This document shows positions 1-8,798 of a DNA stretch of 64,000 nt, piece after piece. Position numbers and translations under genes: made by a program. The DNA comes from a virus, in IMG/VR virus record IMGVR_UViG_3300021513_000001, positions 32,001 to 96,000 of that record; one strand, given 5' to 3'. The stretch's first letter is position 1; every line of letters starts with the position of its first letter. The notes beneath the pieces are model-generated. The model made no database searches and was not told the DNA's origin. It was given only the letters and a program-made list of their open reading frames with translations.

Positions 1-546
1 TATGGAGATTCTGATTCGTTCTCTTCTCCATACGAAATAACAGTAGCAGGAAACTCATATAAATATGCGCTAACAGTTAGCAGCTGGGAAAATAGAAAAA
101 AAGAAATAACTCAGCTACCTTCATCTGGTCTTTATATTTGGGGAAATAGTAACTTAACTTTTGAAAATACTGTTAGAATAAATATAACTTTTGGAGAAAT
201 ATACAATTGTTACTTAACTGCTTGGGACGATTCATCGCATACCTCTACAAATAATATCTTACTTTCAAACGAATGCTATAGAATAGCCGCTGTAGCTTTT
301 GCAACCAAAGAAGATACCACACTTACCGAGCCAGATATTAAAGCGATGTACTATAAACCAGAATTCAATAAAATATTAAAAGGAAACGATAGCTATTACG
401 GTAAATTTTCAATAAATTATGAAGCTTTGCCAAATAGATATGGCGCATATGTTATATTTAAACCAATACTAATAAATATACCAGAAAGCCAACTAAACAA
501 GGGTATTTATGAATTTAAAACTGCTTTTCATTATCAATATACTTAA
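1..546 (+). CDS. 5'-truncated putative virion structural protein, paralogue of the 43881-45455 product (AWDDxxH...FHYQYT family)
   Basis: Frame +1 is open from base 1 (YGDSDSFSSPYEIT...), so the tracked 346..546 ORF is only the tail. It contains FGEIYNCYLTAWDDSSH, KGNDSYYGKF and terminal FHYQYT, matching FGEAYNCYVTAWDDATH, KGNELYYGKF and FHYQYT in the 43881-45455 protein. Confidence 0.85.
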   Translation, partial: YGDSDSFSSPYEITVAGNSYKYALTVSSWENRKKEITQLPSSGLYIWGNSNLTFENTVRINITFGEIYNCYLTAWDDSSHTSTNNILLSNECYRIAAVAFATKEDTTLTEPDIKAMYYKPEFNKILKGNDSYYGKFSINYEALPNRYGAYVIFKPILINIPESQLNKGIYEFKTAFHYQYT

Positions 547-554
547 ATACTAGC

Positions 555-617
555 AAAAAGGGGAGAGCGTTTCTTACAAAGGCTAAGGTCTTTGAGCTTT
601 TGACGCTAAAATTTTTA
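555..617 (+). promoter_or_regulatory. SD-like GGGGAG followed by a 42-nt hairpin upstream of ATG 618
   Basis: GGGGAG at 560-565. AGCGTT (566-571) pairs with GACGCT (602-607), and AAAGGCT (578-584) with AGCTTTT (595-601). A 10-nt spacer follows to the ATG at 618. Confidence 0.45.
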
Positions 618-854
618 ATGAATACTATTAAAAAAGAAAATTTAAAAAAAGCATTATCAACAACTATAACCGTAGCCTCTCTTATGGAAATATTAGCACA
701 ATATGATGGAAGATTTCCAGTATGTTTTATAGATAAAAAAAATAACATGCTGCCTATTACAAAAAAAGACATTGCTATGAAAAAAATAAACATACTACTT
801 CCTAATCATTCACATATTTTTGATATAGCAGCTTTAGTAATTAATAAAAACTAA
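618..854 (+). CDS. small hypothetical protein (~78 aa; ATG 618 preferred over TTG 600)
   Basis: Fills the gap between two plus-strand genes and ends in TAA. No motif recognised. The tracked TTG start lies inside the upstream hairpin. Confidence 0.55.
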   Translation: MNTIKKENLKKALSTTITVASLMEILAQYDGRFPVCFIDKKNNMLPITKKDIAMKKINILLPNHSHIFDIAALVINKN

Positions 855-904
855 ACTTTCTGTTTTATTATAGTAAGCACTCTAATATTGGAGATAATAA
901 TACC

Positions 905-1792
905 ATGTTTAATTCTATAAAAATACAAAACACATTAATCAAGGGCGGTTGGATACCACAACTTCCAGATATTCGAGACTACACGATGGAAAACCCGAAA
1001 GTTTTTAAAGCCTACCAACGCGCTGGTATTTTCTGCGGAGATGACGAGGGTTTAACAATACCGCCACAAGTAGATATAAGTGAATTTGACAGTCCTATAG
1101 AAAATCAGGGCTCCCAAGGAACTTGCACAGCCAATGCCGGAGCTTCTTTATTAGAGCATTTAGAACGTAGAACATATGGTACTTATATAGAACATTCAAG
1201 AAAATTTTTATATAAAATGTCCAGACAATTACTTGGTCTAACTGGAGATGTTGGATCTACAATTCCGGCTACTCTTGGCTCTATAGTAATATTTGGTATG
1301 CCGCCAGAAAAATACTGGCCTTATACCAAAGGTGTTGATGACCAGCCTACTGCGTTTGTACATGGTTTAGCACAAAATTACCAAGGAACAAGCTACGTAA
1401 ATCTGTCTAAAACAGGTACAACTACAGCACAAATTTTATATAATATGAAAGTAAATTTAACTTCAGGATTACCAGTAATCTTTGGATTTTCTATGTATTC
1501 ATCAATAACCACCTGTGATGATGGCTACATAAAATATCCACTACCGGGTGAAACAACAGAAACAGGCCACTGTGTTTTAGCTGTCGGATTTAATGATACT
1601 GTTGAAATAAACAATGGAAGCTATACTTCTGTTGGTGCTTTTTATATAAAAAATAGTTGGGGAACTGGTTGGGGAATTAACGGGTACGGCTGGTTACCTT
1701 ATGATTATATTACAAACGGTATAGCTACTGACTGTTGGGTATTAATAAACAGCGAATGGATAGAACTTGGTCAATTCGGAATTTACCCCTAA
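905..1792 (+). CDS. papain-family (C1A) cysteine peptidase, bacterial xylellain-like type
   Basis: Oxyanion Gln and catalytic Cys in NQGSQGTCTANA, His in GHCVLAVGF, Asn in IKNSWGTGWGINGYGWLPY. N-terminal GWIPQLPDIRD pro-segment. GGAG SD upstream. Confidence 0.93.
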   Translation: MFNSIKIQNTLIKGGWIPQLPDIRDYTMENPKVFKAYQRAGIFCGDDEGLTIPPQVDISEFDSPIENQGSQGTCTANAGASLLEHLERRTYGTYIEHSRKFLYKMSRQLLGLTGDVGSTIPATLGSIVIFGMPPEKYWPYTKGVDDQPTAFVHGLAQNYQGTSYVNLSKTGTTTAQILYNMKVNLTSGLPVIFGFSMYSSITTCDDGYIKYPLPGETTETGHCVLAVGFNDTVEINNGSYTSVGAFYIKNSWGTGWGINGYGWLPYDYITNGIATDCWVLINSEWIELGQFGIYP

Positions 1793-3936
1793 TTAGGAAC
1801 AGCGGATATATTACATTTTATATCTTGAATTCCACTAAAAACGCTTGTTCTTGATTTATGCAGAACATGATTAATACATGTTCCCATAAAAGATACAGAC
1901 CCAGATTTTAAATATGTAAACGGAGAATCTGAATATATAGGTTCTTTTACTATACCTTCTATTTTTGCATTTAGTTTTAAGTTTTTAACTACTGGTTGAA
2001 TTTTAGCTGTAAGTCTTTTGACACCAACTTTTCCTGATACCTTTAAAAGACCGTATCTTATAGCAGAATCAGTACTATCAAAATATAAATCATGTCTTAA
2101 ACTATACTCATAATTAAGACCTATATTAGAATTACGCTTAAACAAAAATGAAATTATAGGATCATTATAATTTTTAGAAAATACTTTACCATCTGAATAA
2201 TAAAGAGGTTTTTCTATATTTAAATAAACATCAACATAGTCAGACCATCTTTTTTTACAATCTTCAATTTCAACAAGCTCCTCAGTTAAAACTTTTTCAT
2301 TACTTCTTCCGTGTATTATTAATAATTTAGATCTTATAGTCGCACCTAAAGATAAATTATGAGGTTGTGCTTTTAGTAAAGCTTTTAAATTTGTCTGACC
2401 ATTAATTATTTTAAATGTAATATTTAATAAATTCTTAGAAAAAGCAGGCTTATATCTAACGCAATCAGAAATAGAAGTAGACATTTTAAAAGATAAAAAC
2501 TTAAACAACATGCTATATTTATTAGAATAATTTATTAGAACACCGAGGTTTTTTGTCCCACTATACATAACTTTAATTCCGTTTATTAATGCTTTCAAAT
2601 CATAAACAGGTATCGATAATATAGAAGACATTAAAGATTTATATGCTGATCTTGGAGTTCTTAATGTACACAAAGAGAATCCAACATATGCTCTAAGGTC
2701 AAAAGTATTAGCCGTACTAAACCTGTAAAACTCATTAAATATTATTTCCTTTACTTTAATATCCGCTTTTAAATCTATAGTTCCACCAGTAGATATTATG
2801 CTCGCCATAAGAGAAACGGCGCCTATAGAAAAAACAGATGATATTAAATCAAGACTTCTCCAACCAGATACTATCGCATATAAATTTTTATTTTGTTTTG
2901 TTCCAAACAAACCTAAAATATCTGCATCTAAATTCTTATACCCGCCACCGGATATTATCTTAGCATTTAAATACTGCGGCAACGTTTTAGAACTTATCAC
3001 TGCATAAAGATCTCTATTTGCCCAACCTACAATTGAACCTTTCAACAAATAAATAGGATCACATACAATAGTTGACACAAAATTAGAATAACTACGATTA
3101 AAACAATTAATCTTTGAAGTAATATCAAAAATATGCTGATTAACTATACCAGCTGATAAATTATAACTACCAAACTTAATTGTTTTAATAATAGTATGAA
3201 GATCTTTTGGATAATGACCCGCTATAGTTACAAAAAGACTACGTTCTTCTCTTACTGCTATTTTTGCTAAAAGATCAAAAACAGCCCAACCCTGTAAACT
3301 CGCTAACAAATCTTTATAAGGCCACACTTTAATATATGATGATAAATCCTTTGGCAGCACTGCTTTTATATTAGCACTTATGTATTCTTCAACATAAGGT
3401 TGAATTAAAGTATTTAAATCTATATCATCGTAATACCAGCCTCTTATTATACCTTTATATTGGTCTGTTCCTTTTCTACTCGCCCTTAAAGCCCCTATTA
3501 AATTTAAAGGCTCAATCATGTCTATGTTTGTAAACAAATCTACGCTATCTGCCTGTTTCCACATTCTTAAAAAAGAGTTTAAATCAAAAAAATCTAACAT
3601 AAAATTTCTTATAAAACTTTTTAAATTTTTTTCTCCAAGTAAAAAAGTATTAATATAAGCTCTAAGATTTTCATTAAAAAACAAATCTTCAGACACAATA
3701 AAAGCATTAAGATCTTTAATTGTTTGTTCAAAACTTCTTAAATTAGCTGCTAAATTTAATGGTTGCCCTGTACTATATCCAACAAATAAAATCTTTGTAA
3801 GTTTTTTAAGCCCCTTAGAAGTTCCAATTATTACATTTTCTACTTTCCATAGACCGGTTTTATGCTCAGCACAAGCCCTATCTTTTGGGTTTACAGCATC
3901 TATTAAGCTTTTTAATATACTCGTTCCGCTAGACAT
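1789..3936 (-). CDS. 715-aa protein built largely from ~12-13-aa xDLxAxI repeats (putative virion fibre/solenoid protein)
   Basis: Long ORF. Recurrent units include KDLNAFI, KNLKSFI, KDLSSYI, RDLYAVI, KNLDADI, IDLKADI, YDLKALI and LKLNAKI. The stop overlaps the peptidase stop convergently by 4 bp. Confidence 0.8.
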   Translation of the reverse strand: MSSGTSILKSLIDAVNPKDRACAEHKTGLWKVENVIIGTSKGLKKLTKILFVGYSTGQPLNLAANLRSFEQTIKDLNAFIVSEDLFFNENLRAYINTFLLGEKNLKSFIRNFMLDFFDLNSFLRMWKQADSVDLFTNIDMIEPLNLIGALRASRKGTDQYKGIIRGWYYDDIDLNTLIQPYVEEYISANIKAVLPKDLSSYIKVWPYKDLLASLQGWAVFDLLAKIAVREERSLFVTIAGHYPKDLHTIIKTIKFGSYNLSAGIVNQHIFDITSKINCFNRSYSNFVSTIVCDPIYLLKGSIVGWANRDLYAVISSKTLPQYLNAKIISGGGYKNLDADILGLFGTKQNKNLYAIVSGWRSLDLISSVFSIGAVSLMASIISTGGTIDLKADIKVKEIIFNEFYRFSTANTFDLRAYVGFSLCTLRTPRSAYKSLMSSILSIPVYDLKALINGIKVMYSGTKNLGVLINYSNKYSMLFKFLSFKMSTSISDCVRYKPAFSKNLLNITFKIINGQTNLKALLKAQPHNLSLGATIRSKLLIIHGRSNEKVLTEELVEIEDCKKRWSDYVDVYLNIEKPLYYSDGKVFSKNYNDPIISFLFKRNSNIGLNYEYSLRHDLYFDSTDSAIRYGLLKVSGKVGVKRLTAKIQPVVKNLKLNAKIEGIVKEPIYSDSPFTYLKSGSVSFMGTCINHVLHKSRTSVFSGIQDIKCNISAVPN

Positions 3937-6900
3937 TTATCTTCCAATAGAATCCAAGGTAATAGGAACAAAATCAGAAAAACTACCATCAGTTAAACTT
4001 ACCAAAATAACATCATTAATTTTTATTTTATTATTTAAATCAAATTCAAGTAATCTAATCCCAGCAACGTCTCTATAAATATAAACTACATGGTTATTAT
4101 TTATATAAACATGATAACAGTAATTTGACACAGGAGCAAAGTCCTTTAATATACCTTCAATCCCGACAAGATTAATCCTAAACTCATCAAAAACGTCATC
4201 AAAAATATAAAAACCAGATGAAGAACTAACAACAAGAAAATCACCATAAGAAACATCAGTTATTTTTTCACTAATAGTCAATATAATTTTATCATCTTTT
4301 ACTCTTTTTATATAATTATCATAGACAACTAATACATCATTATTGTAATTAAACAAACCATTAGCTTTTCCACAATAACACACCTCAACACCATCTGTTA
4401 TATTAATTATTTTCTCATTAGATAAAATATATATTTTAGAATTACACTGTATAACAGATTTAATAACAGAATCACCACTATATACAGGAATAACTTTACG
4501 AACAATAACCCCATCTAAAATATCTTCTAAATATTTTATTTGAACAAAACCAAGCGACTTACCAGATGCTATATAAACATTATCATCCGAAACTAAAATG
4601 TCATTTACACCATTATCAAAAAGCCAATACTGTTTCATTAAATTATCATCAAAAATATTATTTATTTTTACTACTCCACCAATAGTTCCAAGTAACACAA
4701 AATTATTTAAATATTTTATCGTAGTAATATACTTCAATTTATCTATATTTGATATATTTTCTAAACTATACTCTATTTCATTGTCTTTTGTTATACTGTA
4801 TAAACCGCCCACACCGTCATATGCAAAATCAGAGCACCCAGTAAAAGAATGTAAAACATAATCTAAAGTATCAACATTAATTTTTATAACTTTTTTTAAT
4901 AAAGCCCTAGAAAAAATAGAATTTTCTTCAACGGAAGATACTTCACAAATCCTGTCACTGCCTATAAAGTAAAAATCATACAACCTAAAAAACCTCGTAA
5001 GTGGATTACTAGGAGATGAATAAAAAGTTGACGCTATTTTAAAAGTAGTATTATCAACATTATAATACTTATCCAAATTTACAACTTCATCATAAAAATT
5101 CTCATTAACTTTAGAAGTTATATATATAGAATAATCATAATTAATTGATACTAAAGACCCGGATTTATTTATATCGAAATATAACATATCACCAACAAAA
5201 TTTGAAGCCCTATTATTCAAAGAAATACCAAAACCTACATACACCTCGCTCTCTACTACATCAATAATACCATAAAACGGAATTCTTTTATAAACACCAT
5301 CAACAAGAATATCAATATAAGTATCGCTCACATAAATAGCAACAAACACCCACCCACCAACATTAATAGATGTGTCTAAATCTAAAACAGAATTTATACC
5401 ATTCTGCCCAAATAAAAATTTTAATTCGCGACCATATAAAGCTAACCCATAAGAAAGTTTAGATTTAGTTGATTTAGAAAAAATTGGATTAAATTCTTCA
5501 ACAGAAGTTAAACGCAATACAAACTCTGCACTAAAATTATATACCGGAGTATCATTAAACTCGTTATTTATAAAATAAGCATTCCCATCAAAAGTCCCAA
5601 AAACAAAACCGTCTTCAATTCTATGTTTAACCCCGTTTCCTAATCCACCACGAAAATCATAAGCAAATCTGGATGAAGATTCTATATAATTTTCTAATAC
5701 TTTTGTTTTTCTTTCCTTTAATAATTTAAAATTATCACTAGAAACTTCAAAACAAAATTTTATTCTTGATAAATTAAATAATGAACTTTCAGAATGGTAC
5801 AACCTACACGGAGATATTCCTAAAAACCCGGCCAAACTTTCTGCAATGCTAATGGAAACAGGTTCATAAGGATAATTTATAACCCCATGCCTTCCAATTA
5901 TAAACTTATAAGTATACTCATATGGATTTTGACATAACAAAACATAGTTTAATTCCACAAGTATATCAAATAAATTTACAAATACATTGCTTTCGTTTTG
6001 ATATTTTATATCTAAAAACAAATCATAAAAACTTCTAGTAATATCATTGTAATATAAAATAGAAGACATACAAACATCTTCTGCATAGGCAGAGCTACTT
6101 CCCCACTCACTAGTACAACAAGCTATAGCTTTATCACTAAGTATAGAGTTAGCATAGGTATCTCCAAGTACTACATCGTTCTTTTCGTCATACCCAAATT
6201 CACCAACAAGTTGTATTTCATTGTTAAGAGAATCAATAGAAAATTTACCTAAATTATAATAACCAACATTAGTATTTTTTCCAAAATAATCACTTACGTC
6301 TATAACAAAAGCACTTCCATTTACTAACTCAACATAGGTATTTCCATTATAAATACAGGAATTACAGGCTTTATTACCTGATAAAAAAATTTTTCCATAT
6401 AACTCCTCGTTTATTTTTACAACATTTCCTGGTAAACCTACTAATTCTCCCGAAGCTGGAATATCTATTAAATTTGCAAAAACATTATCATTAAATTTCT
6501 TTAAATCTAAAACAGCACTGCCAGCACCAAGAATTTTAATTAATTTAAAAGAAGTTGTTTCATAAATATATAAACCATCATATGTTCCAACAAACATTAA
6601 TCCGTTTTCATATAATAAATCAGTTACTCCAGCAGCATCTATGTAAGTATTATATTCAGAAAATGTTTTAGGATCTCTAACGCCGTTTTTATTTAAATCA
6701 CGCACTACCGTTTCATTTACAAATGACCTTGAAATAAAACACTTTCCTCTAATAAAACCCTTAAACTTATATGCAGAATAAGAATCAAAACCGTAACCAC
6801 CTATAGTAATATATTTCTGTCCTAATGTTCCTCCCGTATCATAACTAAATTCTTTTTTACCAGCTTCATTTCCATTAACATATATATAAATACCAGTACT

Positions 6901-8790
6901 AGAATGATAAGTTATATATATATCGTACCACACATTAACATTAAACAAACAAAAACACTCTACTGAAACTTTTGTGTTTACACAGCATAAATCTACTTTA
7001 AATTTTCCATCTTCCATATACACATCTAAAACTTCTGGTATCCTTACTATATATCTTTTAAATTCTAAAGACATGGCTTTAATACTGACAAACAAAGTAA
7101 AACACTTTAAACCGTCCTCAATGGGGTTATTAGCAAAAATTCTATAACAAGCTAAAGTATTAATACCAGTAAATTTTGTAGCATTTTGAACCAAGTCATA
7201 TTCAAATAAAAGATTACTTTTAGTATTAGAATCAATTGTATATGTCCTAATATCAAAATAATCATACAAAGGCCTATATCCAAAAACACTCTGCTCCTTA
7301 ACAACCGAAACATAGTCATTATTAACAACAGAAAAAGGCCCACCAACTTGACATATTTTATATTTTGTATCAAAATCAACATTCATTAATACAGACGGTA
7401 ATTCAAAATTTCTAAAATCATTAGAATAAATCCTATAAAGCCTAGCTCGTGTTTTATCATAAAATAAAACATAATTATCTATATAAAAAAGTTTTGATAT
7501 ATTTTTACAATAAATATATCTAAGAACAACCCCAAACTTATCTATTATTACTAATCTATCTTCAAGAAGAAGTATAAAAACACCATTGTTATACAAAACA
7601 TCAACAATACGATACCTATCTAATGAAAATCCATACGACGTTGTTATATAATTATCATGGGCATACATTAAATTATTATAAAGACTTGATATTGTACTTC
7701 TTTTAAGCCTGTCTCCGTATAAAACCATTAACGTGTTATTATAATAATCTAAAACCCACACAGCATAATCTGTTTTATATATAAAAATATTATCATTATC
7801 GTATATATTAGATTTTGAAATTGGATAATTTATAGACCTACAACATATATCATAAACAGAAGCTGGACATGGTTTTTTACTTACAAACAGGCCGCAACTA
7901 TACATTTTTGACGAAAACAAAGTACTTTGTATATTAATAGAAGATATATTAATATTTATTGGTTTTTCTTTATTTAAATGAAAATTAATAAGCTTACCGC
8001 TACCAATCAAAAAATAATTACAATAAATAAACACATCTGTATCTTCTTTATTTACGAAATATTCAAAATCTAAAACACAAGGGGTATTAATAGGAAGTTT
8101 AAAAGGGCCTATCTTTGTATTTTTTGAATACATGTATAAACCTTCTGCTGTGGTTTTAACTAAAAACTCACCAGCACCAATAGATCTTAAATAAATTGTT
8201 TCTGTACCAGATCCTGAAAAAGTAATAGTTGTATTTCTTCCGGCATAAAAAACTATTAAAGACTCTGTATAAACATCCGATTCTCCATTTCCATATTCAA
8301 TAGTAGTAGTAGGAGGATTATTAGTGTTGATATATAAAACATAATAAGCTTCTGGAATATTACCAGACCACACCTGCCCACCAGCAGACACCGCCTCCTT
8401 ATAAACTATATCCCACTTATCATCCCAAACAAAAAATAAATAATTATATACATTTGTTAACTCTAAAACAAAAGTAACTGTATTATAAACGTTTGTAGGC
8501 TTGATAATTAAGTTGGTTTTATTATTCGAATCAAATTTTAAACAACCACCAAGACTAGAAGATATAACAACATAAGCGTCATCTATAAAATATGAAACTC
8601 CAACGAATTTACACAAGTTTTCTTTTATATAAAATCCTTCGTTTATTGTATCTATATACCTAGAAAAATCACCAATAGGAAAATCAGAGACTAGTACATT
8701 GTTTTTATATATTCTACTGGAACTGTTAGTTACAAAATTAACAGCTTCCCCATTAATTTTTGGAAATATGTCATAATTATTTTTTATCAT
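3937..8790 (-). CDS. 1,617-aa putative virion fibre/adhesin with beta-propeller-like repeats and LamG/ConA-like domains
   Basis: LamG-like segments NVNVWYDIYITYHSSTGIYIYVNG and NVGGWVFVAIYVSDTYIDILVDG. Propeller-blade-like segments VTDLLYENGLMFVGTYDGLYIY and ITTIKYLNNFVLLGTIGGVVKI. Confidence 0.7.
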   Translation of the reverse strand: MIKNNYDIFPKINGEAVNFVTNSSSRIYKNNVLVSDFPIGDFSRYIDTINEGFYIKENLCKFVGVSYFIDDAYVVISSSLGGCLKFDSNNKTNLIIKPTNVYNTVTFVLELTNVYNYLFFVWDDKWDIVYKEAVSAGGQVWSGNIPEAYYVLYINTNNPPTTTIEYGNGESDVYTESLIVFYAGRNTTITFSGSGTETIYLRSIGAGEFLVKTTAEGLYMYSKNTKIGPFKLPINTPCVLDFEYFVNKEDTDVFIYCNYFLIGSGKLINFHLNKEKPININISSINIQSTLFSSKMYSCGLFVSKKPCPASVYDICCRSINYPISKSNIYDNDNIFIYKTDYAVWVLDYYNNTLMVLYGDRLKRSTISSLYNNLMYAHDNYITTSYGFSLDRYRIVDVLYNNGVFILLLEDRLVIIDKFGVVLRYIYCKNISKLFYIDNYVLFYDKTRARLYRIYSNDFRNFELPSVLMNVDFDTKYKICQVGGPFSVVNNDYVSVVKEQSVFGYRPLYDYFDIRTYTIDSNTKSNLLFEYDLVQNATKFTGINTLACYRIFANNPIEDGLKCFTLFVSIKAMSLEFKRYIVRIPEVLDVYMEDGKFKVDLCCVNTKVSVECFCLFNVNVWYDIYITYHSSTGIYIYVNGNEAGKKEFSYDTGGTLGQKYITIGGYGFDSYSAYKFKGFIRGKCFISRSFVNETVVRDLNKNGVRDPKTFSEYNTYIDAAGVTDLLYENGLMFVGTYDGLYIYETTSFKLIKILGAGSAVLDLKKFNDNVFANLIDIPASGELVGLPGNVVKINEELYGKIFLSGNKACNSCIYNGNTYVELVNGSAFVIDVSDYFGKNTNVGYYNLGKFSIDSLNNEIQLVGEFGYDEKNDVVLGDTYANSILSDKAIACCTSEWGSSSAYAEDVCMSSILYYNDITRSFYDLFLDIKYQNESNVFVNLFDILVELNYVLLCQNPYEYTYKFIIGRHGVINYPYEPVSISIAESLAGFLGISPCRLYHSESSLFNLSRIKFCFEVSSDNFKLLKERKTKVLENYIESSSRFAYDFRGGLGNGVKHRIEDGFVFGTFDGNAYFINNEFNDTPVYNFSAEFVLRLTSVEEFNPIFSKSTKSKLSYGLALYGRELKFLFGQNGINSVLDLDTSINVGGWVFVAIYVSDTYIDILVDGVYKRIPFYGIIDVVESEVYVGFGISLNNRASNFVGDMLYFDINKSGSLVSINYDYSIYITSKVNENFYDEVVNLDKYYNVDNTTFKIASTFYSSPSNPLTRFFRLYDFYFIGSDRICEVSSVEENSIFSRALLKKVIKINVDTLDYVLHSFTGCSDFAYDGVGGLYSITKDNEIEYSLENISNIDKLKYITTIKYLNNFVLLGTIGGVVKINNIFDDNLMKQYWLFDNGVNDILVSDDNVYIASGKSLGFVQIKYLEDILDGVIVRKVIPVYSGDSVIKSVIQCNSKIYILSNEKIINITDGVEVCYCGKANGLFNYNNDVLVVYDNYIKRVKDDKIILTISEKITDVSYGDFLVVSSSSGFYIFDDVFDEFRINLVGIEGILKDFAPVSNYCYHVYINNNHVVYIYRDVAGIRLLEFDLNNKIKINDVILVSLTDGSFSDFVPITLDSIGR

Positions 8791-8798
8791 TATACAGC

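Noticed and set aside
515-793. 92-aa minus-strand hydrophobic ORF
   Set aside because: Antisense to two plus-strand genes. Its hydrophobicity mirrors the A-rich plus strand.
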